Shown: positions 15,433 through 27,653 of the stretch, piece by piece
How the letters are laid out: every line of letters starts with the position of its first letter
How positions within the stretch are numbered: the first letter of the stretch is position 1
Notes under the pieces: generated by a model
Databases searched by the model: none
What the model was told of the DNA's origin: nothing
Seen by the model: only the letters and a program-made list of their open reading frames with translations
Position numbers and translations under genes: made by a program
DNA from: Chrysomallon squamiferum
Taxonomy: Eukaryota; Animalia; Mollusca
Assembly (NCBI GenBank): GCA_012295275.1
Contig: CM022672.1
Span: 29,822,001 to 29,886,000, forward strand
DNA: 64,000 bases
Direction of reading: 5' to 3'

Positions 15433-16875
15433 AATGTTAAAACGTTCGAACCTTATAAAATTTCGTGTCGGATACTCAGTTTACTAACATATTTTTTTCT
15501 TTCCTTTTTGCTGAGAAATGAAGCAATTTATTTATCCTGTAACTAAAGAAGCTCATAAAGTGTCATCTTATGCCATTTCCTTTTAATAATAATAATTAAT
15601 AATAATAATAATAATAATAAGAAGAAGAAGAAGAAGAAGAAGAAATAATGATTGCAAAATAAATTCGTTCCGATTAAAAATTAAAAATAAACAATAAGAA
15701 TAACATTCCGTTATTCCGGTCTTGTATGTTTGTATCTGTTGTGTTCGTTTTTAATGTTTTAATATTCAGTGTTTATGTGGTGCTCTGTACCATTTTTCAT
15801 ATTAACAGCTCGAGATTCATTTGTATGTGTGTATGTCTGTGTGTGTACGTGCGTGCGTGCGTGCGTGTGTGTGTGTGTTGTCAAACATTCAGAGAGATCT
15901 GTTTCAAAAGAAGTATTTGCACATATTTTACTAGCTGAATTATTCCTTTTAAGTTTTATTGTTATGGATGCATGTTTTTTAGTACTAGTTTTGTTAAATT
16001 GTATTACTGAGATGATGTCTTATACCAGATATCTACTTACCTCGTTTGTTTGTGCACCCACTAGTTATTATTTTGTTGTCTATTTAGTTCTGGAAATATT
16101 TCTCATAACTGACCTTCGACTCTACTTGTCTTCCTTTATCTCACTGGTGCTGCATCTTTCACCTAGTCAGATGTAGTTTGCAACGTTCAGCCAATCAGAA
16201 CGGCAAATGACGGTGCCTAAGTTCGTGTAAATATTAAAACAAGATATACAGGGATAGGAAAGGGGCCCGAAATCGCATGACAGTAAACTGATTTCTCATT
16301 GAAAACAAAGAATATTACACATGACACATTTTTTATTTATTTATGATAGATACTGTCACTGTTGCAGTATGTTATGGAGATGCAGCGTCGAACTTATAAA
16401 ATAGGAAATATCAGAAGAAATAAATTTTATAAAAGTTTGGTGTTTCATTCTAATCACTTTATTACAACTAACTAAAATCTTGTTCCATCAGTTATATACT
16501 TCATTTGGCTTTTCCCGTGTACCTATGTAGATATTAAATCTCGATGGTTCAAAAACAATAGAAGATGTTAATGACTGTTTAAAGGTTGTTTTTGAAGAAA
16601 TATATTACAAACTTACCTGTGCAAAGGTAAATATAGGTACACTTAAAGATTAGTTTCATAAATTGATTTTTAGTTAACACTGCACACATATCAAATGCGC
16701 ACATTCAAAAATCTACCTAATCAACAAAAACCGTTATCTGCGTATTTTGTGTTTTAATAAATATATATATTGTTATATTGTACAAGTTTATTTCGTTGGA
16801 ACAAAATATATAATAATCAACACAAAAAGAAATAAGTAACTATTTTTGATTTGAATTTTTTTCCCAAAAGCTGGG

Positions 16876-17105
16876 AGTGGGCCATTCCCGGAGGTACTGC
16901 AATACCGGGTCAACCCGTGCTAAAATAAATAAAACAACTGAAATAAAAAGGCGCGTGGCAGCAAGGCAGCAAAAGCCCCCTGACACTTCGCCTAGTTCCA
17001 AAAATCAGTTTAATATCGATGTCCCCCAATGGAGGACGTATCAGATATTAAGCTGATAAGAACAGATACTACACTTTGATCTTAGCCAAAAGGCCGAGAA
17101 GCGAT
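16876..17105 (-). pseudogene. RNU2: U2 snRNA copy 1, stem-loop III disrupted by ~41 extra nt
   Basis: 5' half identical to the other copies; 16920-16975 replaced by A-rich inserted or scrambled sequence. Confidence 0.8.
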
Positions 17106-17149
17106 AATATACACTTGTTAAGCAGATCATATAAATATTTAAGAAAGCA

Positions 17150-17164
17150 ATTTCACACTGGTGT
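17150..17164 (-). promoter_or_regulatory. PSE-like element of U2 (-59..-45), repeated in each unit
   Basis: ACACCAGTGTGAAAT, 12/15 identical to the U1 element at the same offset from +1. Confidence 0.75.
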
Positions 17165-17777
17165 GTCATTTTGAAATTATTTAGAAAGATAAGTAACTGT
17201 ATAACGAAGATAGGAATTTATGACAGAATTTAAAGGTTTAATAATACTTGTTTCTGGTGCCTTGCACTGTGTCATTTGAATAATATTTAAACAGAACTGT
17301 GCGTGAACTTAACATAAATGTGCACGTGTTGCATTCTTCCGATCTATGAAACGTAGCTCTGACGATTTTTCGTTCGCTGCATGCTAAAAATAACTTCTAT
17401 ACTTAGAAAAGCTTAGCTTCTCAGTCAGTGCAGCGTGCGTTCGAGCCCTTGCTGTTCATTTACAACCCAAGCGAAGAATTAGCTACAAGGACAAAATTAA
17501 GACAGTTTTTATTAACGTCTCGCGAAAGTCACAGTGAAAGAAATACATAATGGGCCATTGTGTTATAACTCGTTCGTTAGCCTCTGGTCAGTCACTGACA
17601 AACGTAAAAGTTTGAGCCCGATTATTAATTTTGTCGATTACCAGGTGCAACTGAGAGAAACACGCAACGCGTTTTAACGACCATTAAATAGCAATTTAAG
17701 AGAGTCACCCAACACTTGTTTCAAATGACTCGCCGAAAACATTTGGAATTTATTCTAGGAGATTGTTCATAAACGTG

Positions 17778-17792
17778 ATACCTGTGCGAAAT
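17778..17792 (+). promoter_or_regulatory. PSE-like element of U1 (-59..-45), repeated in each unit
   Basis: ATACCTGTGCGAAAT, same offset as the U2 element; followed by TATAAAAG at 17807 (-30). Confidence 0.75.
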
Positions 17793-17836
17793 AACGAAGG
17801 CGTTTCTATAAAAGAGGTTTTCACCCAAGTTCAAGC

Positions 17837-18001
17837 ATACTTACCTGGTACGGGAGGTCACCATGATCCGCAAGGTGGTCCCCCCAGGGCGAGGCCTTTC
17901 CATTGCACTCCGGTTGGGCTGACCCGTGCGATCGCCCCAAATGCGGGCGACTCGAGTACGTAATTTTTTAGTGTGGGGGTCTGCGTTCGCGCTAACCCCT
18001 G
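17837..18001 (+). ncRNA. RNU1: U1 snRNA copy 1
   Basis: ATACTTACCTGG 5' end, GGTCAC stem-loop I loop, U1A site ATTGCACTCC, Sm site AATTTTTTAG, stem-loop IV GCGTTCGCGC; 165 nt; two substitutions relative to copies 2-4. Confidence 0.97.
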
Positions 18002-19552
18002 AAAATTCAAAACAAAAAAACAGTTTCTTAAAAACCTCTCAAAATGCCCGTACTGCAAAGCGTCTTTCTCTCATTCACTTAGATGTTAACAATGCGATAC
18101 TGCTGCAACATGAAATTTTAGCTGCCTTCAGTTTAGAGAATTGCTCTAAGTAACTTCGTCAACGATAAATGGAAAAGAAAGCCTACGTTTTGCCTTTACC
18201 ATCAACTCTGTAGATTACCTTGTATCGTTCGTGTAAACTCGCCCAACTTCCAGACTGATAGCTTTAACTGTGACGTCAAATCTCATGTCAACAGTTTAAT
18301 TTTTGTCGACTTTCCGCAATTAGATAGCAAACGTTTCTGGAATGACCGACAATACACGTGTATCACGGGCCTCAGAGAAAACACTGTCAACCATAAAACC
18401 TGAAAACGAAATCAAACTGAATAAATTGTTGCTTTAACGGATATGATCTTCTGTGCGTTTTGTACACATTACGGAGTTAGCTTCCGCTTTATTTCATTCG
18501 TTTATTTCTACTTTGGAGACACTTCACACTTAACGACCGAGTACCGTTCCTGCGACTGAATCGTTTAGCGACATTTCAAGCATGCTGTACTGGAGTGAGT
18601 TTGTGGAAACCATTTTTTAGATATCGTTTCAATCTCACCTCTGCACCAGCAATAACCTTTTCAGTGGATTATAAAATGTTCATGATAGTAGTGTGCTGCA
18701 TACTGCAATATACCGGAATAGATGAAATCTTTACTTAGGTTTGGATTCTGTTTATTGCAGGTAATCGTTTCAAATCTGTTACCAATAGTTTATTCTATTT
18801 GTTTTGTTTTGTTTTGTTTTCTGTAATTTGCAACAGTCGTGGCCGTAGAAGACAGTTTTCGAATTCGAATGAAAGAGGAAACGAAAATACACGAGAGAAA
18901 CATTAAGCTCACGCAAGCATAAGAGAATAGCTCCGGAAGAAAATTTCCCTGAAGGATTCCACCGAGTTTATTCCAGCGACACTCTTTACAGTGACCGTCG
19001 ATTTTTTGTACAATTTTCAGCAGCCAAAATTACCATTATCGTAGACAACTGCACTACGCTTCGGCTCGCAGCCCGTTGTTAGTGCAGTAAACGAAATGAT
19101 ATGTTTCTTTCTCTATTTTACGATTGTTTTGTGTTATCTTCTGTTTCAAACTATTTGAAACAGTAGACAAAACTATTGATTAAAGTCAGTTACAGAAATT
19201 TGTCGTTCGCTGTGCGTAACCTGCCTTTACGTCAAACGGAGTAACTGTACTGAGTACTCGTTACGTCACCCATTATCCTGTTAATTACTGACGAGTCAGT
19301 TCGATAAGGTCATTTGCGCTGTTTCACTGTTAATTTATTTTATTTCGTTTTATTTCATTTCATTGTTTGGTTATTTTGTTACTTTTTTAGATGATGTTAC
19401 CATTTAATATATTATACTGACACAGTTAGTGAGGTTGTGTAATACAAATCGACATTTGCTAAAATAAATAAAACAGGACTGAAATAAATAAATAAATCAA
19501 CACAAAAAGAAATAAGTAACTATTTTTGATTTGAATTTTTTCCCAAAAAGGG

Positions 19553-19741
19553 AGTGGGCCATTCCCGGAGGTACTGCAATACCGGGTCAACCCGTGGCAA
19601 AGGCGGAGCAAGCCCCTGACACTTCGCCTAGTTCCAAAAATCAGTTTAATATCGATGTCCCCCAATGGAGGACGTATCAGATATTAAGCTGATAAGAACA
19701 GATACTACACTTTGATCTTAGCCAAAAGGCCGAGAAGCGAT
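19553..19741 (-). ncRNA. RNU2: U2 snRNA copy 2
   Basis: Minus strand ATCGCTTCTCGGCCTTTTGGCTAAGATCAAAGTGTAGTATCTGTTC, Sm site GATTTTTGG, loop IV ATTGCAGTAC; ~189 nt. Confidence 0.98.
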
Positions 19742-20472
19742 AATATACACTTGTTAAGCAGATCATATAAATATTTAAGAAAGCAATTTCACACTGGTGT
19801 GTCATTTTGAAATTATTTAGAAAGATAAGTAACTGTATAACGAAGATAGGAATTTATGACAGAATTTAAAGGTTTAATAATACTTGTTTCTGGTGCCTTG
19901 CACTGTGTCATTTGAATAATATTTAAACAGAACTGTGCGTGAACTTAACATAAATGTGCACGTGTTGCATTCTTCCGATCTATGAAACGTAGCTCTGACG
20001 ATTTTTCGTTCGCTGCATGCTAAAAATAACTTCTATACTTAGAAAAGCTTAGCTTCTCAGTCAGTGCAGCGTGCGTTCGAGCCCTTGCTGTTCATTTACA
20101 ACCCAAGCGAAGAATTAGCTACAAGGACAAAATTAAGACAGTTTTTATTAACGTCTCGCGAAAGTCACAGTGAAAGAAATACATAATGGGCCATTGTGTT
20201 ATAACTCGTTCGTTAGCCTCTGGTCAGTCACTGACAAACGTAAAAGTTTGAGCCCGATTATTAATTTTGTCGATTACCAGGTGCAACTGAGAGAAACACG
20301 CAACGCGTTTTAACGACCATTAAATAGCAATTTAAGAGAGTCACCCAACACTTGTTTCAAATGACTCGCCGAAAACATTTGGAATTTATTCTAGGAGATT
20401 GTTCATAAACGTGATACCTGTGCGAAATAACGAAGGCGTTTCTATAAAAGAGGTTTTCACCCAAGTTCAAGC

Positions 20473-20636
20473 ATACTTACCTGGTACGGGAGGTCACCAT
20501 GATCCGCAAGGTGGTCCTCCCAGGGCGAGGCCTTTCCATTGCACTCCGGTCGGGCTGACCCGTGCGATCGCCCCAAATGCGGGCGACTCGAGTACGTAAT
20601 TTTTTAGTGTGGGGTCTGCGTTCGCGCTAACCCCTG
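20473..20636 (+). ncRNA. RNU1: U1 snRNA copy 2
   Basis: As copy 1; one G fewer in stem-loop IV (possible homopolymer error). Confidence 0.97.
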
Positions 20637-22187
20637 AAAATTCAAAACAAAAAAACAGTTTCTTAAAAACCTCTCAAAATGCCCGTACTGCAAAGCGTCT
20701 TTCTCTCATTCACTTAGATGTTAACAATGCGATACTGCTGCAACATGAAATTTTAGCTGCCTTCAGTTTAGAGAATTGCTCTAAGTAACTTCGACAACGA
20801 TAAATGGAAAAGAAAGCCTACGTTTTGCCTTTACCATCAACTCTGTAGATTACCTTGTATCGTTCGTGTAAACTCGCCCAACTTCCAGACTGATAGCTTT
20901 AACTGTGACGTCAAATCTCATGTCAACAGTTTAATTTTTTTGTCGACTTTCCGCAATTAGATAGCAAACGTTTCTGGAATGACCGACAATACACGTGTAT
21001 CACGGGCCTCAGAGAAAACACTGTCAACCATAAAACCTGAAAACGAAATCAAACTGAATAAATTGTTGCTTTAACGGATATGATCTTCTGTGCGTTTTGT
21101 ACACATTACGGAGTTAGCTTCCGCTTTATTTCATTCGTTTATTTCTACTTTGGAGACACTTCACACTTAACGACCGAGTACCGTTCCTGCGACTGAATCG
21201 TTTAGCGACATTTCAAGCATGCTGTACTGGAGTGAGTTTGTGGAAACCATTTTTTAGATATCGTTTCAATCTCACCTCTGCACCAGCAATAACCTTTTCA
21301 GTGGATTATAAAATGTTCATGATAGTAGTGTGCTGCATACTGCAATATACCGGAATAGATGAAATCTTTACTTAGGTTTGGATTCTGTTTATTGCAGGTA
21401 ATCGTTTCAAATCTGTTACCAATAGTTTATTCTATTTGTTTTGTTTTGTTTTGTTTTCTGTAATTTGCAACAGTCGTGGCCGTAGAAGACAGTTTTCGAA
21501 TTCGAATGAAAGAGGAAACAAAAATACACGAGAGAAACATTAAGCTCACGCAAGCATAAGAGAATAGCTCCGGAAGAAAATTTCCCTGAAGGATTCCACC
21601 GAGTTTATTCCAGCGACACTCTTTACAGTGACCGTCGATTTTTTGTACAATTTTCAGCAGCCAAAATTACCATTATCGTAGACAACTGCACTACGCTTCG
21701 GCTCGCAGCCCGTTGTTAGTGCAGTAAACGAAATGATATGTTTCTTTCTCTATTTTACGATTGTTTTGTGTTATCTTCTGTTTCAAACTATTTGAAACAG
21801 TAGACAAAACTATTGATTAAAGTCAGTTACAGAAATTTGTCGTTCGCTGTGCGTAACCTGCCTTTACGTCAAACGGAGTAACTGTACTGAGTACTCGTTA
21901 CGTCACCCATTATCCTGTTAATTACTGACGAGTCAGTTCGATAAGGTCATTTGCGCTGTTTCACTGTTAATTTATTTTATTTCGTTTTATTTCATTTCAT
22001 TGTTTGGTTATTTTGTTTTTTTTTTTTAGATGATGTTACCATTTAATATATTACACTGACACAGTTAGTGAGGTTGTGTAATACAAATCGACATTTGCTA
22101 AAATAAATAAAACAGGACTGAAATAAATAAATCAACACAAAAAGAAATAAGTAACTATTTTTGATTTGAATTTTTTCCCAAAAAGGG

Positions 22188-22376
22188 AGTGGGCCATTCC
22201 CGGAGGTACTGCAATACCGGGTCAACCCGTGGCAAAGGCGGAGCAAGCCCCTGACACTTCGCCTAGTTCCAAAAATCAGTTTAATATCGATGTCCCCCAA
22301 TGGAGGACGTATCAGATATTAAGCTGATAAGAACAGATACTACACTTTGATCTTAGCCAAAAGGCCGAGAAGCGAT
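22188..22376 (-). ncRNA. RNU2: U2 snRNA copy 3
   Basis: Identical to copy 2 by eye. Confidence 0.98.
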
Positions 22377-23108
22377 AATATACACTTGTTAAGCAGATCA
22401 TATAAATATTTAAGAAAGCAATTTCACACTGGTGTGTCATTTTGAAATTATTTAGAAAGATAAGTAACTGTATAACGAAGATAGGAATTTATGACAGAAT
22501 TTAAAGGTTTAATAATACTTGTTTCTGGTGCCTTGCACTTGTGTCATTTGAATAATATTTAAACAGAACTGTGCGTGAACTTAACATAAATGTGCACGTG
22601 TTGCATTCTTCCGATCTATGAAACGTAGCTCTGACGATTTTTCGTTCGCTGCATGCTAAAAATAACTTCTATACTTAGAAAAGCTTAGCTTCTCAGTCAG
22701 TGCAGCGTGCGTTCGAGCCCTTGCTGTTCATTTACAACCCAAGCGAAGAATTAGCTACAAGGACAAAATTAAGACAGTTTTTATTAACGTCTCGCGAAAG
22801 TCACAGTGAAAGAAATACATAATGGGCCATTGTGTTATAACTCGTTCGTTAGCCTCTGGTCAGTCACTGACAAACGTAAAAGTTTGAGCCCGATTATTAA
22901 TTTTGTCGATTACCAGGTGCAACTGAGAGAAACACGCAACGCGTTTTAACGACCATTAAATAGCAATTTAAGAGAGTCACCCAACACTTGTTTCAAATGA
23001 CTCGCCGAAAACATTTGGAATTTATTCTAGGAGATTGTTCATAAACGTGATACCTGTGCGAAATAACGAAGGCGTTTCTATAAAAGAGGTTTTCACCCAA
23101 GTTCAAGC

Positions 23109-23273
23109 ATACTTACCTGGTACGGGAGGTCACCATGATCCGCAAGGTGGTCCTCCCAGGGCGAGGCCTTTCCATTGCACTCCGGTCGGGCTGACCCGTG
23201 CGATCGCCCCAAATGCGGGCGACTCGAGTACGTAATTTTTTAGTGTGGGGGTCTGCGTTCGCGCTAACCCCTG
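23109..23273 (+). ncRNA. RNU1: U1 snRNA copy 3
   Basis: Full U1 motif set, 165 nt. Confidence 0.98.
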
Positions 23274-24832
23274 AAAATTCAAAACAAAAAAACAGTTTCT
23301 TAAAACCTCTCAAAATGCCCGTACTGCAAAGCGTCTTTCTCTCATTCACTTAGATGTTAACAATGCGATACTGCTGCAACATGAAATTTTAGCTGCCTTC
23401 AGTTTAGAGAATTGCTCTAAGTAACTTCGACAACGATAAATGGAAAAGAAAGCCTACGTTTTGCCTTTACCATCAACTCTGTAGATTACCTTGTATCGTT
23501 CGTGTAAACTCGCCCAACTTCCAGACTGATAGCTTTAACTGTGACGTCAAATCAAATCTCATGTCAACAGTTTAATTTTTGTCGACTTTCCGCAATTAGA
23601 TAGCAAACGTTTCTGGAATGACCGACAATACACGTGTATCACGGGCCTCAGAGAAAACACTGTCAACCATAAAACCTGAAAACGAAATCAAACTGAATAA
23701 ATTGTTGCTTTAACGGATATGATCTTCTGTGCGTTTTGTACACATTACGGAGTTAGCTTCCGCTTTATTTCATTCGTTTATTTCTACTTTGGAGACACTT
23801 CACACTTAACGACCGAGTACCGTTCCTGCGACTGAATCGTTTAGCGACATTTCAAGCATGCTGTACTGGAGTGAGTTTGTGGAAACCATTTTTTAGATAT
23901 CGTTTCAATCTCACCTCTGCACCAGCAATAACCTTTTCAGTGGATTATAAAATGTTCATGATAGTAGTGTGCTGCATACTGCAATATACCGGAATAGATG
24001 AAATCTTTACTTAGGTTTGGATTCTGTTTATTGCAGGTAATCGTTTCAAATCTGTTACCAATAGTTTATTCTATTTGTTTTGTTTTGTTTTGTTTTCTGT
24101 AATTTGCAACAGTCGTGGCCGTAGAAGACAGTTTTCGAATTCGAATGAAAGAGGAAACGAAAATACACGAGAGAAACATTAAGCTCACGCAAGCATAAGA
24201 GAATAGCTCCGGAAGAAAATTTCCCTGAAGGATTCCACCGAGTTTATTCCAGCGACACTCTTTACAGTGACCGTCGATTTTTTTTTTTTGTACAATTTTC
24301 AGCAGCCAAAATTACCATTATCGTAGACAACTGCACTACGCTTCGGCTCGCAGCCCGTTGTTAGTGCAGTAAACGAAATGATATGTTTCTTTCTCTATTT
24401 TACGATTGTTTTGTGTTATCTTCTGTTTCAAACTATTTGAAACAGTAGACAAAACTATTGATTAAAGTCAGTTACAGAAATTTGTCGTTCGCTGTGCGTA
24501 ACCTGCCTTTACGTCAAACGGAGTAACTGTACTGAGTACTCGTTACGTCACCCATTATTATCCTGTTAATTACTGACGAGTCAGTTCGATAAGGTCATTT
24601 GCGCTGTTTCACTGTTAATTTATTTTATTTCGTTTTATTTCATTTCATTGTTTGGTTATTTTGTTACTTTTTTAGATGATGTTACCATTTAATATATTAC
24701 ACTGACACAGTTAGTGAGGTTGTGTAATACAAATCGACATTTGCTAAAATAAATAAAACAGGACTGAAATAAATAAATCAACACAAAAGAAATAAGTAAC
24801 TATTTTTGATTTGAATTTTTTCCCAAAAAGGG

Positions 24833-25021
24833 AGTGGGCCATTCCCGGAGGTACTGCAATACCGGGTCAACCCGTGGCAAAGGCGGAGCAAGCCCCTGAC
24901 ACTTCGCCTAGTTCCAAAAATCAGTTTAATATCGATGTCCCCCAATGGAGGACGTATCAGATATTAAGCTGATAAGAACAGATACTACACTTTGATCTTA
25001 GCCAAAAGGCCGAGAAGCGAT
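24833..25021 (-). ncRNA. RNU2: U2 snRNA copy 4
   Basis: Identical to copy 2 by eye. Confidence 0.98.
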
Positions 25022-25752
25022 AATATACACTTGTTAAGCAGATCATATAAATATTTAAGAAAGCAATTTCACACTGGTGTGTCATTTTGAAATTATTTAG
25101 AAAGATAAGTAACTGTATAACGAAGATAGGAATTTATGACAGAATTTAAAGGTTTAATAATACTTGTTTCTGGTGCCTTGCACTGTGTCATTTGAATAAT
25201 ATTTAAACAGAACTGTGCGTGAACTTAACATAAATGTGCACGTGTTGCATTCTTCCGATCTATGAAACGTAGCTCTGACGATTTTTCGTTCGCTGCATGC
25301 TAAAAATAACTTCTATACTTAGAAAAGCTTAGCTTCTCAGTCAGTGCAGCGTGCGTTCGAGCCCTTGCTGTTCATTTACAACCCAAGCGAAGAATTAGCT
25401 ACAAGGACAAAATTAAGACAGTTTTTATTAACGTCTCGCGAAAGTCACAGTGAAAGAAATACATAATGGGCCATTGTGTTATAACTCGTTCGTTAGCCTC
25501 TGGTCAGTCACTGACAAACGTAAAAGTTTGAGCCCGATTATTAATTTTGTCGATTACCAGGTGCAACTGAGAGAAACACGCAACGCGTTTTAACGACCAT
25601 TAAATAGCAATTTAAGAGAGTCACCCAACACTTGTTTCAAATGACTCGCCGAAAACATTTGGAATTTATTCTAGGAGATTGTTCATAAACGTGATACCTG
25701 TGCGAAATAACGAAGGCGTTTCTATAAAAGAGGTTTTCACCCAAGTTCAAGC

Positions 25753-25917
25753 ATACTTACCTGGTACGGGAGGTCACCATGATCCGCAAGGTGGTCCTCC
25801 CAGGGCGAGGCCTTTCCATTGCACTCCGGTCGGGCTGACCCGTGCGATCGCCCCAAATGCGGGCGACTCGAGTACGTAATTTTTTAGTGTGGGGGTCTGC
25901 GTTCGCGCTAACCCCTG
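25753..25917 (+). ncRNA. RNU1: U1 snRNA copy 4
   Basis: Full U1 motif set, 165 nt. Confidence 0.98.
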
Positions 25918-27464
25918 AAAATTCAAAACAAAAAAACAGTTTCTTAAAAACCTCTCAAAATGCCCGTACTGCAAAGCGTCTTTCTCTCATTCACTTAGAT
26001 GTTAACAATGCGATACTGCTGCAACATGAAATTTTAGCTGCCTTCAGTTTAGAGAATGCTCTCTAAGTAACTTCGACAACGATAAATGGAAAAGAAAGCC
26101 TACGTTTTGCCTTTACCATCAACTCTGTAGATTACCTTGTATCGTTCGTGTAAACTCGCCCAACTTCCAGACTGATAGCTTTAACTGTGACGTCAAATCT
26201 CATGTCAACAGTTTAATTTTTGTCGACTTTCCGCAATTAGATAGCAAACGTTTCTGGAATGACCGACAATACACGTGTATCACGGGCCTCAGAGAAAACA
26301 CTGTCAACCATAAAACCTGAAAACGAAATCAAACTGAATAAATTGTTGCTTTAACGGATATGATCTTCTGTGCGTTTTGTACACATTACGGAGTTAGCTT
26401 CCGCTTTATTTCATTCGTTTATTTCTACTTTGGAGACACTTCACACTTAACGACCGAGTACCGTTCCTGCGACTGAATCGTTTAGCGACATTTCAAGCAT
26501 GCTGTACTGGAGTGAGTTTGTGGAAACCATTTTTTAGATATCGTTTCAATCTCACCTCTGCACCAGCAATAACCTTTTCAGTGGATTATAAAATGTTCAT
26601 GATAGTAGTGTGCTGCATACTGCAATATACCGGAATAGATGAAATCTTTACTTAGGTTTGGATTCTGTTTATTGCAGGTAATCGTTTCAAATCTGTTACC
26701 AATAGTTTATTCTATTTGTTTTGTTTTGTTTTGTTTTCTGTAATTTGCAACAGTCGTGGCCGTAGAAGACAGTTTTCGAATTCGAATGAAAGAGGAAACG
26801 AAAATACACGAGAGAAACATTAAGCTCACGCAAGCATAAGAGAATAGCTCCGGAAGAAAATTTCCCTGAAGGATTCCACCGAGTTTATTCCAGCGACACT
26901 CTTTACAGTGACCGTCGATTTTTTGTACAATTTTCAGCAGCCAAAATTACCATTATCGTAGACAACTGCACTACGCTTCGGCTCGCAGCCCGTTGTTAGT
27001 GCAGTAAACGAAATGATATGTTTCTTTCTCTATTTTACGATTGTTTTGTGTTATCTTCTGTTTCAAACTATTTGAAACAGTAGACAAAACTATTGATTAA
27101 AGTCAGTTACAGAAATTTGTCGTTCGCTGTGCGTAACCTGCCTTTACGTCAAACGGAGTAACTGTACTGAGTACTCGTTACGTCACCCATTATCCTGTTA
27201 ATTACTGATGAGTCAGTTCGATAGGTCATTTGCGCTGTTTCACTGTTAATTTATTTTATTTCGTTTTATTTCATTTCATTGTTTGGTTATTTTGTTACTT
27301 TTTTAGATGATGTTACCATTTAATATATTACACTGACACAGTTAGTGAGGTTGTGTAATACAAATCGACATTTGCTAAAATAAATAAAACAGGACTGAAA
27401 TAAATAAATCAACACAAAAAGAAATAAGTAACTATTTTTGATTTGAATTTTTTCCCAAAAAGGG

Positions 27465-27653
27465 AGTGGGCCATTCCCGGAGGTACTGCAATACCGGGTC
27501 AACCCGTGGCAAAGGCGGAGCAAGCCCCTGACACTTCGCCTAGTTCCAAAAATCAGTTTAATATCGATGTCCCCCAATGGAGGACGTATCAGATATTAAG
27601 CTGATAAGAACAGATACTACACTTTGATCTTAGCCAAAAGGCCGAGAAGCGAT
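27465..27653 (-). ncRNA. RNU2: U2 snRNA copy 5 (upstream flank kept only to about -120)
   Basis: Gene body identical to copy 2; array homology breaks at ~27775. Confidence 0.95.

Noticed and set aside
17763-18153. Repeated ORFs MFINVIPV... and MRSPQM... (also in units 2-4)
   Set aside because: Chance frames across the U1 gene and its flanks, repeated only because the unit is repeated.
18751-18767. Recursive-splice-like TTTATTGCAG|GTAATC in each spacer
   Set aside because: No evidence of a host transcript; recurrence is explained by the tandem unit.
18100-19500. 5S rRNA, U5, U6 or tRNA gene in the long spacer
   Set aside because: Searched by eye for hallmark motifs on both strands and found none; an Infernal scan would be decisive.
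19459-19665. Repeated ORF MGDIDIKLIFG... (also at 22043 and 27320)
   Set aside because: Translation of the U2 snRNA 3' half and flank.
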